From: Planctomycetia bacterium
Lineage (GTDB): Bacteria; Planctomycetota; UBA8108; SXIK01
DNA length: 64,000 nucleotides
Reading direction: 5' to 3'
Assembly: GCA_005772855.1 (NCBI GenBank)
Contig: SXIK01000008.1
Coordinates: forward strand, 11,344-75,343
Made by a program: the position numbers and the translations under genes. Positions 35,273 through 43,477 of this stretch are shown here, piece after piece. Below the pieces are notes generated by a model that had not been told where the DNA came from, searched no databases, and saw only the letters and a list, made by a program, of their open reading frames with translations. The stretch's first letter is position 1. Every line of letters starts with the position of its first letter.

Positions 35273-36868
35273 CTACAGGCGAACCCTGTTGGATAAACTC
35301 TCGTTATCCAGAAGTCGGTACCGCTTCAGTCTGCGATAAAGAACCGTGCGTGAGATCCCGAGGAGTCGCGCAGCCTCGGAGCGATTTCCTCCCGAGCGGC
35401 GCAAGGCTTCGACGAGCATTGGCGCGATCGTGTTGCGCTCGAGCTCCTGGAGGCTGCGAGGGGTAAGGGCCCATCCACCCCTGGAACGAACATTTCCACG
35501 GCTGATTCTTCGGGAGAGTTGCTCTACATCCACCACGGCACGTTCCGAGCAGGCATGCCGCCAGACTTCGTTCTGCAGCTCCCGGACGTTGCCTGGCCAG
35601 GGGTGGCTCGCGAGCATTTCCAGCGCGGCCTCTGTGAACGTGACGGGGTCCCTGCCCGTATCCTCGGCAAAGAGACGTGCGAAGTGCAGGAGGAGGAGTG
35701 GGACGTCCTCGGGTCTCTCCCGCAGTGGGGGCATGTGGATCGTCGTGACCTCAAGACGATAGAAAAGATCCTCGCGAAACTGGCCTCTGGCAACCATCTC
35801 CTCCAGCACTCGGTTTGTGGCAGAGACCAGGCGAAAGTCGACAGTAACCGTTTTCTGGCCTCCAAGGCGGCGCACTTCCCGCTCCTGGAGAACGCGCAGA
35901 AGTTTTCGCTGGAGAGCGATTTCCATCTCGCCCACCTCGTCGAGGAAGACCGTGCCGCCGCCAGCTCTCTCGAAAATCCCTGCCCGCGCCTGATCCGCCC
36001 CGGTAAAAGCGCCTCTCTCGTGGCCGAAGAATTCGGATTCGACCAGGTTCTCGGGCAGAGCTCCGCAGTTTTCGCAGAGGAAGGGTCGTCCGGCTCGGCG
36101 GCTGACACGGTGAATGGCGCGAGCCACGAGCTCTTTTCCCGTGCCGCTCTCTCCTTCGATCAGGACGGGAATGTCGGACTTGGCTGCCAGCAGGACGCTC
36201 TGAAGAATCCCGGCCATGATGCTGCTCCGGGTCACGATCTCCGGGAATGCGCCAAGAGCCTGACTGGTTGCCATGATGGGCGGATCCCCCCCGAGTGGGA
36301 ACTCAAGCAAGAGGCCTCTCGCACCTGCTGGCTTCGCTGAGGGTCGAGGCGGGCAGGGTCCAGCTTCGGCTTTGTCGGGTGGCTCTGTGTTTCCAGGCTT
36401 GAGGCTTTCGATGGCGGACGCCAACGCGATCAACCCGGCCAGGTGGTTCGAGTCGGCCGTTTCCGTCAAGGTCGTTGGCGAGGGGCAAGGACCACAGCCT
36501 TCAAGCAAGACGCCGCATTCGTGGCCGGGCGGCCAGTCTACCTTGATGCCTGCGCGCCAGGATTCGTGTGGATGATCGAGAATGAACCATTCTGAAGATG
36601 GCTGAGATGCAAGCCCGGCGAAATCCAGCAAGTCACAATTGAAGTTGTCCTGAAGACGGCACACCGCTCCGTCTTCGACTTGAGCCACTGGCTGAGGTTC
36701 ATTGGACCGCAGCCTGTAAAGCAGAACTCGCCGGGCCCCCGTCGCCATTGCGAGCGCCCTGCCAAGCTCCTCGGGAGCTCTCAGGCTGGGCTTGTCAATG
36801 GCACGCAGGAGCGACTCTTCGAACGGACGACTGTGAGATGCAGTGGGCTCCTTCGTCGCAGGGGGCAT
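35273..36868 (-). CDS. Sigma54-dependent transcriptional activator (GAF-like N-terminus, AAA+, Fis HTH)
   Basis: GESGTGKE, ESEFFGHERGAFTGA, FLDEVGEM, LLRVLQE, FREDLFYRL, WPGNVRELQN, AARLLGISRTVLYRRLK. No receiver domain. Confidence 0.92.
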   Translation of the reverse strand: MPPATKEPTASHSRPFEESLLRAIDKPSLRAPEELGRALAMATGARRVLLYRLRSNEPQPVAQVEDGAVCRLQDNFNCDLLDFAGLASQPSSEWFILDHPHESWRAGIKVDWPPGHECGVLLEGCGPCPSPTTLTETADSNHLAGLIALASAIESLKPGNTEPPDKAEAGPCPPRPSAKPAGARGLLLEFPLGGDPPIMATSQALGAFPEIVTRSSIMAGILQSVLLAAKSDIPVLIEGESGTGKELVARAIHRVSRRAGRPFLCENCGALPENLVESEFFGHERGAFTGADQARAGIFERAGGGTVFLDEVGEMEIALQRKLLRVLQEREVRRLGGQKTVTVDFRLVSATNRVLEEMVARGQFREDLFYRLEVTTIHMPPLRERPEDVPLLLLHFARLFAEDTGRDPVTFTEAALEMLASHPWPGNVRELQNEVWRHACSERAVVDVEQLSRRISRGNVRSRGGWALTPRSLQELERNTIAPMLVEALRRSGGNRSEAARLLGISRTVLYRRLKRYRLLDNESLSNRVRL

Positions 36869-37180
36869 GGAGAAAGCTCGGGCTCCACGAAAGTGTCATG
36901 ACGTTTGCAAGAAAAGTAACAACTTGACCAGGATGCCGCCTGGGTCCACGGGCACGAGTGTACCTGGAACTTGCGCATTATATATTATATTTCCACAAAT
37001 CAAGACGAATCTTCGAGGTGTGATAGGAACGTATTGGCTCCTCCGCCGGGCAGATTTGCTGATCATTTTCATTGTGAGCGCGGCCCTGGCCAGAGAGGGA
37101 CGAGCACGTGGCCCTGCCCGCCCTGGCGCCTGTGTGATAGCATTCCCGGCTTCAAACACTTTGGAACCAGCTGATCCCTT

Positions 37181-40162
37181 ATGAGCGACCCACCCATCCC
37201 TTCGCCTCCAGCCTCCCGAGATGCTCTTCGCTACAACTCTGCCCTCGCGCAAGCTATTGAGCGGAAGTGGCAGGATCGTTGGGAGCGAGAACAAACCTTT
37301 CACGCGCCCAGCCCCGGCGAGCGTGGCTTTGATCCCAGGAAGAGCAAGAAGGTAATTCTTGACATGTTTCCGTACCCCTCGGGAGTGGGTCTTCATGTTG
37401 GGCATCCTCTGGGGTATATCGCGACGGATGTCTATGCCCGATTTCTTCGAATGGCGGGCCACAACGTGCTTCACCCCATGGGGTACGATGCCTTTGGCCT
37501 CCCCGCCGAGCAGTTCGCCGTGCAGACAGGTCAGCACCCGCGAATCACGACCGAGCGCAACATCGCGACAATGCGTGTACAGATGCGTCGTCTCGGTCTC
37601 GGCCACGACCCCAGTCGCACCCTGGCCACCACCGACGTTGGGTTCTACAAGTGGACCCAGTGGATCTTTCTTCAGATCTTCAATTCCTGGTATGACGCGC
37701 AAACCGATCGAGCCCGCCCGATCCAGGATCTCATTGCGGACTTCGAATCTGGGCGCCGTGCGCCCCGGTACGGCGAGAGCCGTGCAGGAGCGCTCGAGAG
37801 AGACGTTGCCGGTCGAGCGTGGAAGGAATTGAGTGCTCTGGAGCAGCGAATGGTTATTGATAGCCACCGCCTTGCTTATCTCGCGGAGGTGCCTGTCAAC
37901 TGGTGCCCCGCTCTTGGAACGGTCCTCGCCAATGAGGAGGTGACCGCGGACGGACACAGCGAACGTGGAAACCATCCCGTTTTCAAGCGTCCGCTCAAGC
38001 AGTGGATGATGCGGATCACTGCTTATTGCGACCGCCTGCTGCGCGACCTTGAGCCACTTGACTGGCCCGAGCCCATCAAACTGCTCCAGCGGAACTGGAT
38101 CGGGCGCAGCGAAGGCGCCGAGGTCGATTTTGTCGCCGAGAAGGGGGCTCTTCACCTGCCATCGTGGTTTGAGGCGCGCAAGCGGGCCGGCTGGCAGGCC
38201 GTGAAGCCCTCGGAGAGCCACGTGCTGCGCGTGTTCACCACTCGCCCTGACACACTCCATGGAGCCACGTACATGGTTCTTGCGCCGGAGCATTTGCTAG
38301 TCGATGCGCTCGTCGCTGACGAATGGCCCAGGGGGTACTCGGGGTCGCGGGGCATGTTCCCAGGCCAGCCGGCCTCCTCGTCGCCTCGAGACCTCGTGTC
38401 GGCCTATCGACGCTACGTGGGTGGGAAGTCGGACGTCGAACGCCAGGTGGAGGTGAAGGAGAAGACGGGTGTTTTCATCGGCGCTTTTGCGATCAATCCC
38501 GTTAACAGAGAAAGAATACCAATTTTCATCGCCGACTATGTCCTCATGGGATACGGCACCGGAGCCATCATGGCGGTGCCTGCCCACGATGAGCGAGACT
38601 TCGCCTTTGCCAGGCAACTCTCACTGCCAATTCGCACCGTCGTGAGGCCCATGGCTGGACTTGCCCCGGCGAGCGGTGCCCAGCTCGAGGCTGCGTTTAG
38701 TGGAGATGGAGTCGCGGTCAACTCGAGCTTGATTGACGGGCTTCCGACTGTGCGAGCGATACGGAAGATTACCGAGTGGCTCGAGGCCGAGGGTCTGGGC
38801 AGGGGGGCCGTGAACTTCCGATTGCGAGACTGGCTTTTTAGCCGGCAGCGTTACTGGGGTGAACCATTTCCGATTGTGTACGACGAGACAGGCCTGCCCA
38901 TCGCAGTTGACGAATCGTCGCTGCCTGTTGAGCTTCCCGAGATGACGGATTATGCGCCCGAAACAAGCGATGATCCCAGCACGCCGCCGCGCCCGCCTCT
39001 GGCGCGGGCGAAGGACTGGGCTTCGTTCACGAGCGGAGGGAAAAAGTACACTCGTGAGCTCAACACCATGCCGAATTGGGCCGGCTCGTGCTGGTACTAT
39101 CTACGCTACCTGGATCCACAGAACTCGACCCGGTTTGTGGATCGCGACGTCGAGCGATACTGGAGCATGGCTCCGGGCGACGACCCGCGATCCCCAGACG
39201 GCGCAAATGGCCGTCTGGGCGCCGTGGACCTCTATGTCGGCGGCGTGGAGCATGCCGTGCTACACCTTCTCTATGCCCGTTTTTGGCACAAGGTCCTCTT
39301 CGATCTGAATTACGTGTCAACCCCCGAGCCGTTTCAGCGGCTTTTCAACCAGGGGTATGTTCAGGCCGCCGCTTTCAAGGATGCTCGTGGCGTTTACGTC
39401 GAGGCGAGCGACGTGGAGGAAAAGGATGGCCGTTTTCTTCACCAGGGAAAGCCCGTGACTCGGGAGTTTGGCAAGATGGGAAAGAGCCTCAAGAACGCCG
39501 TTTCGCCGGACGAGATTTGCGTCGAGTATGGGGCCGATACGCTCCGGCTCTATGAAATGTACATGGGGCCGCTCGAGGCCTCGAAGCCATGGAACACGCG
39601 CGATATCGTGGGTGTTTTTCGCTTCCTTCAGCGGTTCTGGCGCAATCTGGTGGACGAGGAATCGGGAGCGCTGAGGGTCTCTGCGGTTCCCGCTTCCGAT
39701 GATCTGCGACGACACCTTCACAGGACCATTCAACGCGTTCGGGACGACATGGCATCGCTCCACTTCAACACTGCGATAGCCCACTTGATTGAGCTGAACA
39801 ACACGATTACAGGCACTGCTCGTGTTCCGAGCGAGGTCGCCGTGGCAATGGTGAAGATGCTGGCGCCTCTCTCCCCGCATGTGGCGGAGGAACTCTGGGA
39901 AAAGCTCGGAAACAAGTCCGTGATCACCTACGAGCCGTTTCCGGAGGCCGACCCAGCGCTTCTTCTGGAGGAGTCTGTTGAGGTGCCCGTCATGATTCAG
40001 AAGAAAGTCCGCGCAAGGATTGACGTGCCAGCAGGTACGAGCGCGGAGGCGCTCGAGAGGGCTGCGCTCGCGGATCCGAGCGTGAAGGAGGCCGTGGTCG
40101 GCAAGAAGATCCTCAAGGTGATTACTGTGCCTGGTCGCATGGTAAATATCGTGCTGGAGTGA
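37181..40162 (+). CDS. leuS: Leucine--tRNA ligase
   Basis: DMFPYPSGVGLHVGH, VNWCPALGTVLANEEV, FTTRPDTL, GTGAIMAVPAHDERD, RQRYWGEP, GGVEHAVLHLLYARF, KMGKS. Confidence 0.98.
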   Translation: MSDPPIPSPPASRDALRYNSALAQAIERKWQDRWEREQTFHAPSPGERGFDPRKSKKVILDMFPYPSGVGLHVGHPLGYIATDVYARFLRMAGHNVLHPMGYDAFGLPAEQFAVQTGQHPRITTERNIATMRVQMRRLGLGHDPSRTLATTDVGFYKWTQWIFLQIFNSWYDAQTDRARPIQDLIADFESGRRAPRYGESRAGALERDVAGRAWKELSALEQRMVIDSHRLAYLAEVPVNWCPALGTVLANEEVTADGHSERGNHPVFKRPLKQWMMRITAYCDRLLRDLEPLDWPEPIKLLQRNWIGRSEGAEVDFVAEKGALHLPSWFEARKRAGWQAVKPSESHVLRVFTTRPDTLHGATYMVLAPEHLLVDALVADEWPRGYSGSRGMFPGQPASSSPRDLVSAYRRYVGGKSDVERQVEVKEKTGVFIGAFAINPVNRERIPIFIADYVLMGYGTGAIMAVPAHDERDFAFARQLSLPIRTVVRPMAGLAPASGAQLEAAFSGDGVAVNSSLIDGLPTVRAIRKITEWLEAEGLGRGAVNFRLRDWLFSRQRYWGEPFPIVYDETGLPIAVDESSLPVELPEMTDYAPETSDDPSTPPRPPLARAKDWASFTSGGKKYTRELNTMPNWAGSCWYYLRYLDPQNSTRFVDRDVERYWSMAPGDDPRSPDGANGRLGAVDLYVGGVEHAVLHLLYARFWHKVLFDLNYVSTPEPFQRLFNQGYVQAAAFKDARGVYVEASDVEEKDGRFLHQGKPVTREFGKMGKSLKNAVSPDEICVEYGADTLRLYEMYMGPLEASKPWNTRDIVGVFRFLQRFWRNLVDEESGALRVSAVPASDDLRRHLHRTIQRVRDDMASLHFNTAIAHLIELNNTITGTARVPSEVAVAMVKMLAPLSPHVAEELWEKLGNKSVITYEPFPEADPALLLEESVEVPVMIQKKVRARIDVPAGTSAEALERAALADPSVKEAVVGKKILKVITVPGRMVNIVLE

Positions 40163-40171
40163 GGGGATACC

Positions 40172-40834
40172 ATGGCGTTCGGGAAGAACTGGGAATGGAG
40201 AGGGTTCGGAGCGATTCCGCCCGAGTTGCGAGAGAGGCTTGAGTTGCTGCCCTCCAGGTACCCGTCGAGGCAGGATCTCACCGACGAATACCTCTGGGTG
40301 CAGGGAAGCCCTGTGAATATCAAACTTCGTTTTTCGGACCTCAAGTTCAAGCGGCTCATCGAGCGAGACTGCGGCCTTGAGCGCTGGCTGGAAGATCCGG
40401 CGGAGAATTACTCGTTTCCAATAGGAAGGGAAGTCCTCTTACAGCTTGCGACCGACCTTGGCGTGAGCATCCCGGTCATGCCGCATGGCGCTGTCGATCG
40501 GTCCGCACTGCTGGCTCTACTGGAAAAGTCGACACCCGCGGTGCGGCTCGTGGCTGTGACCAAGAGTCGTTGGCAACGCAAGTGGACAGAGGGTGGGTCC
40601 GCGGGGGAGGGTGTGACGGTGGAGGTAGCTCAAATCCTTTCTCCGGAGATCACCTGGTCCGTGGGGGTCGAGAGCCCGGAATCTGACCTTGTGAGAAAAG
40701 CAGTGGAAGCACTGGGCCTGGAAGGTGTGCTGCGTAGGCTGAACTATCTCGAGGCGCTCGGAGTGTGGGTCAAGGGTCACCGCGTCTCTGCCGAGAAGAC
40801 TTCCCAGGGTCCCGGTCTTCGCCGGTCGCCTTGA
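40172..40834 (+). CDS. Putative CYTH-like (triphosphate tunnel) domain protein
   Basis: N-terminal WEWR, TDEYL, NIKLR, LKFK, VTKSR, VEVAQ and late NYLE resemble the CYTH layout; GAGGGG SD upstream. Confidence 0.5.
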   Translation: MAFGKNWEWRGFGAIPPELRERLELLPSRYPSRQDLTDEYLWVQGSPVNIKLRFSDLKFKRLIERDCGLERWLEDPAENYSFPIGREVLLQLATDLGVSIPVMPHGAVDRSALLALLEKSTPAVRLVAVTKSRWQRKWTEGGSAGEGVTVEVAQILSPEITWSVGVESPESDLVRKAVEALGLEGVLRRLNYLEALGVWVKGHRVSAEKTSQGPGLRRSP

Positions 40835-40884
40835 CTCGACTCGTCCTGGGTCCTCCTGAAAGAGTGTAAGCTCTCCTCGGAGTA

Positions 40885-41706
40885 TCAGAAGGGGCCTGTC
40901 CCAAGATCCTTGACGAAGCGGACGCCGACGTCGCCGTAGCCGGCCGTTTTCTTGCGGCGGAGCGGGTGTGTTGGAGGCACGCCATTGCGGCCACCGCCAC
41001 GGCAAGTGCCGTAGCCCTGGCGAGAAAGCTGATCCTCACTCGATTCAACGACCCATTCGAAGAGCCCAGGGATGAATGTGATCCTCTCCGCGTAGGGAGC
41101 CGCCCAACTCGAACTCTTGTCCGCTGCGAGCCTTGCCAATCGGTCCCACTCCTCTTCCGTGGGGAGGCGTTTTCCCTGGGAGGCCGCCAGAAGGTGCGCA
41201 TCGCTGAATTCGATCCCTGTCACTGCGGTGAGACGGGCCCATTCGGCCGCTTCACCGCGGCACTCTGGCCTTGCATCGGCCAGAAATGCAGTCGATTTTT
41301 GATGGTCGGTTCCATACGCCGCCAGGCGCCCGGGGCGTGGGAGGTCTTCCTCCCCCGGGAGGAGTCTCTTCCCCCCGGCCGGAACCAGCACCATGCCCTC
41401 GTCGCGCAAGAGCCCTTCGAGGACCCTTGCGCGAAGTGCGCGCACTTCCTCCGTGGCGCTCACCTGTACATCCACCTGAAAGAGCAACTCCACGGCCCGG
41501 ATCCAGTTCCTGGCGTCCGCGTAGGTTCGAGCCTTCACGAGGAGCGAGGCCACACGTTCCAGGATTTGATCCAACCGCTGGAGAGCTTTCTCACGGGACT
41601 CCTTCACCCGGGTCTCAAAGGGAGAGTCTCGGTAGACCGTCTCGAGTTGCTGCCAGCGCTTTTCGGCCTCGGGACGGCTTTCAGTGGGCTCTCGGTCCAC
41701 TGACAA
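40885..41706 (-). CDS. Helical segment plus degenerate FGE-sulfatase (SUMF1) domain; probably the 3' half of the frameshifted kinase gene
   Basis: MVLVPAG, GKRLPTEEEW, EWV, RGG, DVGVRFVKD. The frame overlaps the 3' end of 41604-43322 in -1. Confidence 0.65.
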   Translation of the reverse strand: MSVDREPTESRPEAEKRWQQLETVYRDSPFETRVKESREKALQRLDQILERVASLLVKARTYADARNWIRAVELLFQVDVQVSATEEVRALRARVLEGLLRDEGMVLVPAGGKRLLPGEEDLPRPGRLAAYGTDHQKSTAFLADARPECRGEAAEWARLTAVTGIEFSDAHLLAASQGKRLPTEEEWDRLARLAADKSSSWAAPYAERITFIPGLFEWVVESSEDQLSRQGYGTCRGGGRNGVPPTHPLRRKKTAGYGDVGVRFVKDLGTGPF

Positions 41707-43322
41707 AGCTCCCTCAACTTGTCGGCCACGATCTGTGCCACTGCCTGGTCGGCTCGAGCCGGGTCAGAAAATGCTCTGAGTTCCCTGTACCAGCCGATGC
41801 TTGCGAAGATCAGGATCACGACGACCAGGACCAGGGCCGCAGGTGCAGCCATGTGAGGTCTCAAGCGTTTGAGCCCCAGAAGAATCGCCCTGTGGGCGCC
41901 GCGACCTGAAAATATTCTGCGGTCCCGAGATTCTCTTCCGGCAGTCTCGAGCCATCGCAGCGCTTCGGCGGCGGATTCGGGCCGCTCGGACGGATCCTCG
42001 GCGGTGAGGGTTGCCGCCAAGCCGCGGAGAAGCTTCCACTCTCTGGGCGCACCCTGTGAGTTCACCGACGCTGGTTCGGACTTCGGGAGCATGTCCTTGA
42101 GCATCTGCCCCACAGCGAAAATGTCGGAACTGAAACTCGAGGCTGCGCCGAGTGCCACCTCTGGCGCAAGAGAGCTTACCCTGTCGAACAGACGGAGCAC
42201 ACGCTCCCCCGGTGGGAGCCCTTCGAGAAGCAGTTGCAACCCGGGATCGACAAGAGCTACTCCATTTTCAGCAAGGAGAACGTTCTCTGGCCGCAAGTTG
42301 CCGTGAACCAATTGGGCGGAATGGAACTCATGAAGCGCTTGCAGCATGGACTCCAGCATTGTCTGGACACCAGCCGGTGAAGCGAGGCTAGCATCGCCGG
42401 CAACGATTCTTGCTCGAAGGCTGTCGGGCTTCTGTCCCAGGAATGGGCGCAATAGGTAGCTCGTCAGTCCCTCGCGGAAAAGTCGAACTGGTTTTGCCGT
42501 TACGGCTCCAGGCAGGTCCTGGACCTTCCGCATGTAGTCCACCCAGGCCCTGACTCTCTCCTTGTCCTTCGTGAGGGTCTGATCGAAGACCTTGATGACG
42601 GACGCTCCCGGTTTTTCCTCCACGAGATAAAGTCTCCCGAAGGGGCTCACGCCGAGCAACTCCCGTGGACGGAACTTTGTGATTTCACGCCTGGATTCGA
42701 GTTCCTCCTTCGCCAGCTCGATGAACTGACGCGTCGAGAGGTCAATTCGGGGGACGATGCCACTACCGCGTTGGTCAGCTTCGTTTCCTGAAGCCGTCAA
42801 GGCGTGGACAGGCTGGGTGCCTCCTGGGGGCTCGGAAGCATTCGTGGGGGGAGGGTCAGGAGTGCGGCGATGGATCGAAAGCGTACTACTGGAGGCCCGG
42901 GAGTCGGGAGCCTTCACGTCGCTCTTGGCTGCACGGGTGAGGTCCTCTTCCGGGATCCTTTCGTAGGAGTATGTAATGCGCGCCTGGCAATTCTTGCAGT
43001 GGATTCCTCCCGAGAGGTCGGTCATCGAAAGAGGCGTCTGTTTCTTGCAGTCCTTGCAGCGGATCCAGTACTTCGACGCCTCTTCCCATACTTTCGTGAC
43101 CACTTCACGCGTGGAGAGCTCTCGCTCCAACAGTATCGAGCTCAAGTTCCGCTGAATGCCCGCTTGCCCCAACTCCTCCTGAATGACTCTTGCACGCGCG
43201 AGTTCGCCAGGGGCGATGGCTTTGTTCCTCAGGGATAACTCGTAGAAGACGCAGTCCTTTGTCGTTGGCACTTGATGTTTTGTCTCAGCGGACTTGGTTG
43301 GCGGGCAGTATTGCCGCAGCAA
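41604..43322 (-). CDS. Membrane-anchored Ser/Thr pseudokinase: MshEN/GspE-N-like helices, CxxC-CxxC ribbon, kinase fold, TM
   Basis: CKDC..CKNC; LLGVSPFG, VIK, LVHGNLRPENVLL, VDPGL, LAPE, SDIFAVG, DPSERP; TM APAALVLVVVILIFASIGWY. GTG 43271 is an alternative start. Confidence 0.75.
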   Translation of the reverse strand: MLRQYCPPTKSAETKHQVPTTKDCVFYELSLRNKAIAPGELARARVIQEELGQAGIQRNLSSILLERELSTREVVTKVWEEASKYWIRCKDCKKQTPLSMTDLSGGIHCKNCQARITYSYERIPEEDLTRAAKSDVKAPDSRASSSTLSIHRRTPDPPPTNASEPPGGTQPVHALTASGNEADQRGSGIVPRIDLSTRQFIELAKEELESRREITKFRPRELLGVSPFGRLYLVEEKPGASVIKVFDQTLTKDKERVRAWVDYMRKVQDLPGAVTAKPVRLFREGLTSYLLRPFLGQKPDSLRARIVAGDASLASPAGVQTMLESMLQALHEFHSAQLVHGNLRPENVLLAENGVALVDPGLQLLLEGLPPGERVLRLFDRVSSLAPEVALGAASSFSSDIFAVGQMLKDMLPKSEPASVNSQGAPREWKLLRGLAATLTAEDPSERPESAAEALRWLETAGRESRDRRIFSGRGAHRAILLGLKRLRPHMAAPAALVLVVVILIFASIGWYRELRAFSDPARADQAVAQIVADKLRELCQWTESPLKAVPRPKSAGSNSRRSTETLPLRPG

Positions 43323-43477
43323 TCCTCCGCATTGAAACTACAACGTGGTCTGGGCAGTGACCATGAGACGATCCGAAAACCCCGAGCCGGGACATGTTGG
43401 CGGAACTACGGCCAGGGGGGGTTGCTGCGGAGGGGAGTGCGCATCCTATCTTCATCGGAAGGAGTCGGTCTTTCGCC

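Noticed and set aside
36896-38293. 465-aa minus-strand ORF, and similar long antisense ORFs (1889-2722, 22031-22837, 28333-29175, 59290-60309, 61315-62280)
   Set aside because: These are shadows of well-supported genes on the opposite strand, expected at high GC, and have no recognisable motifs.
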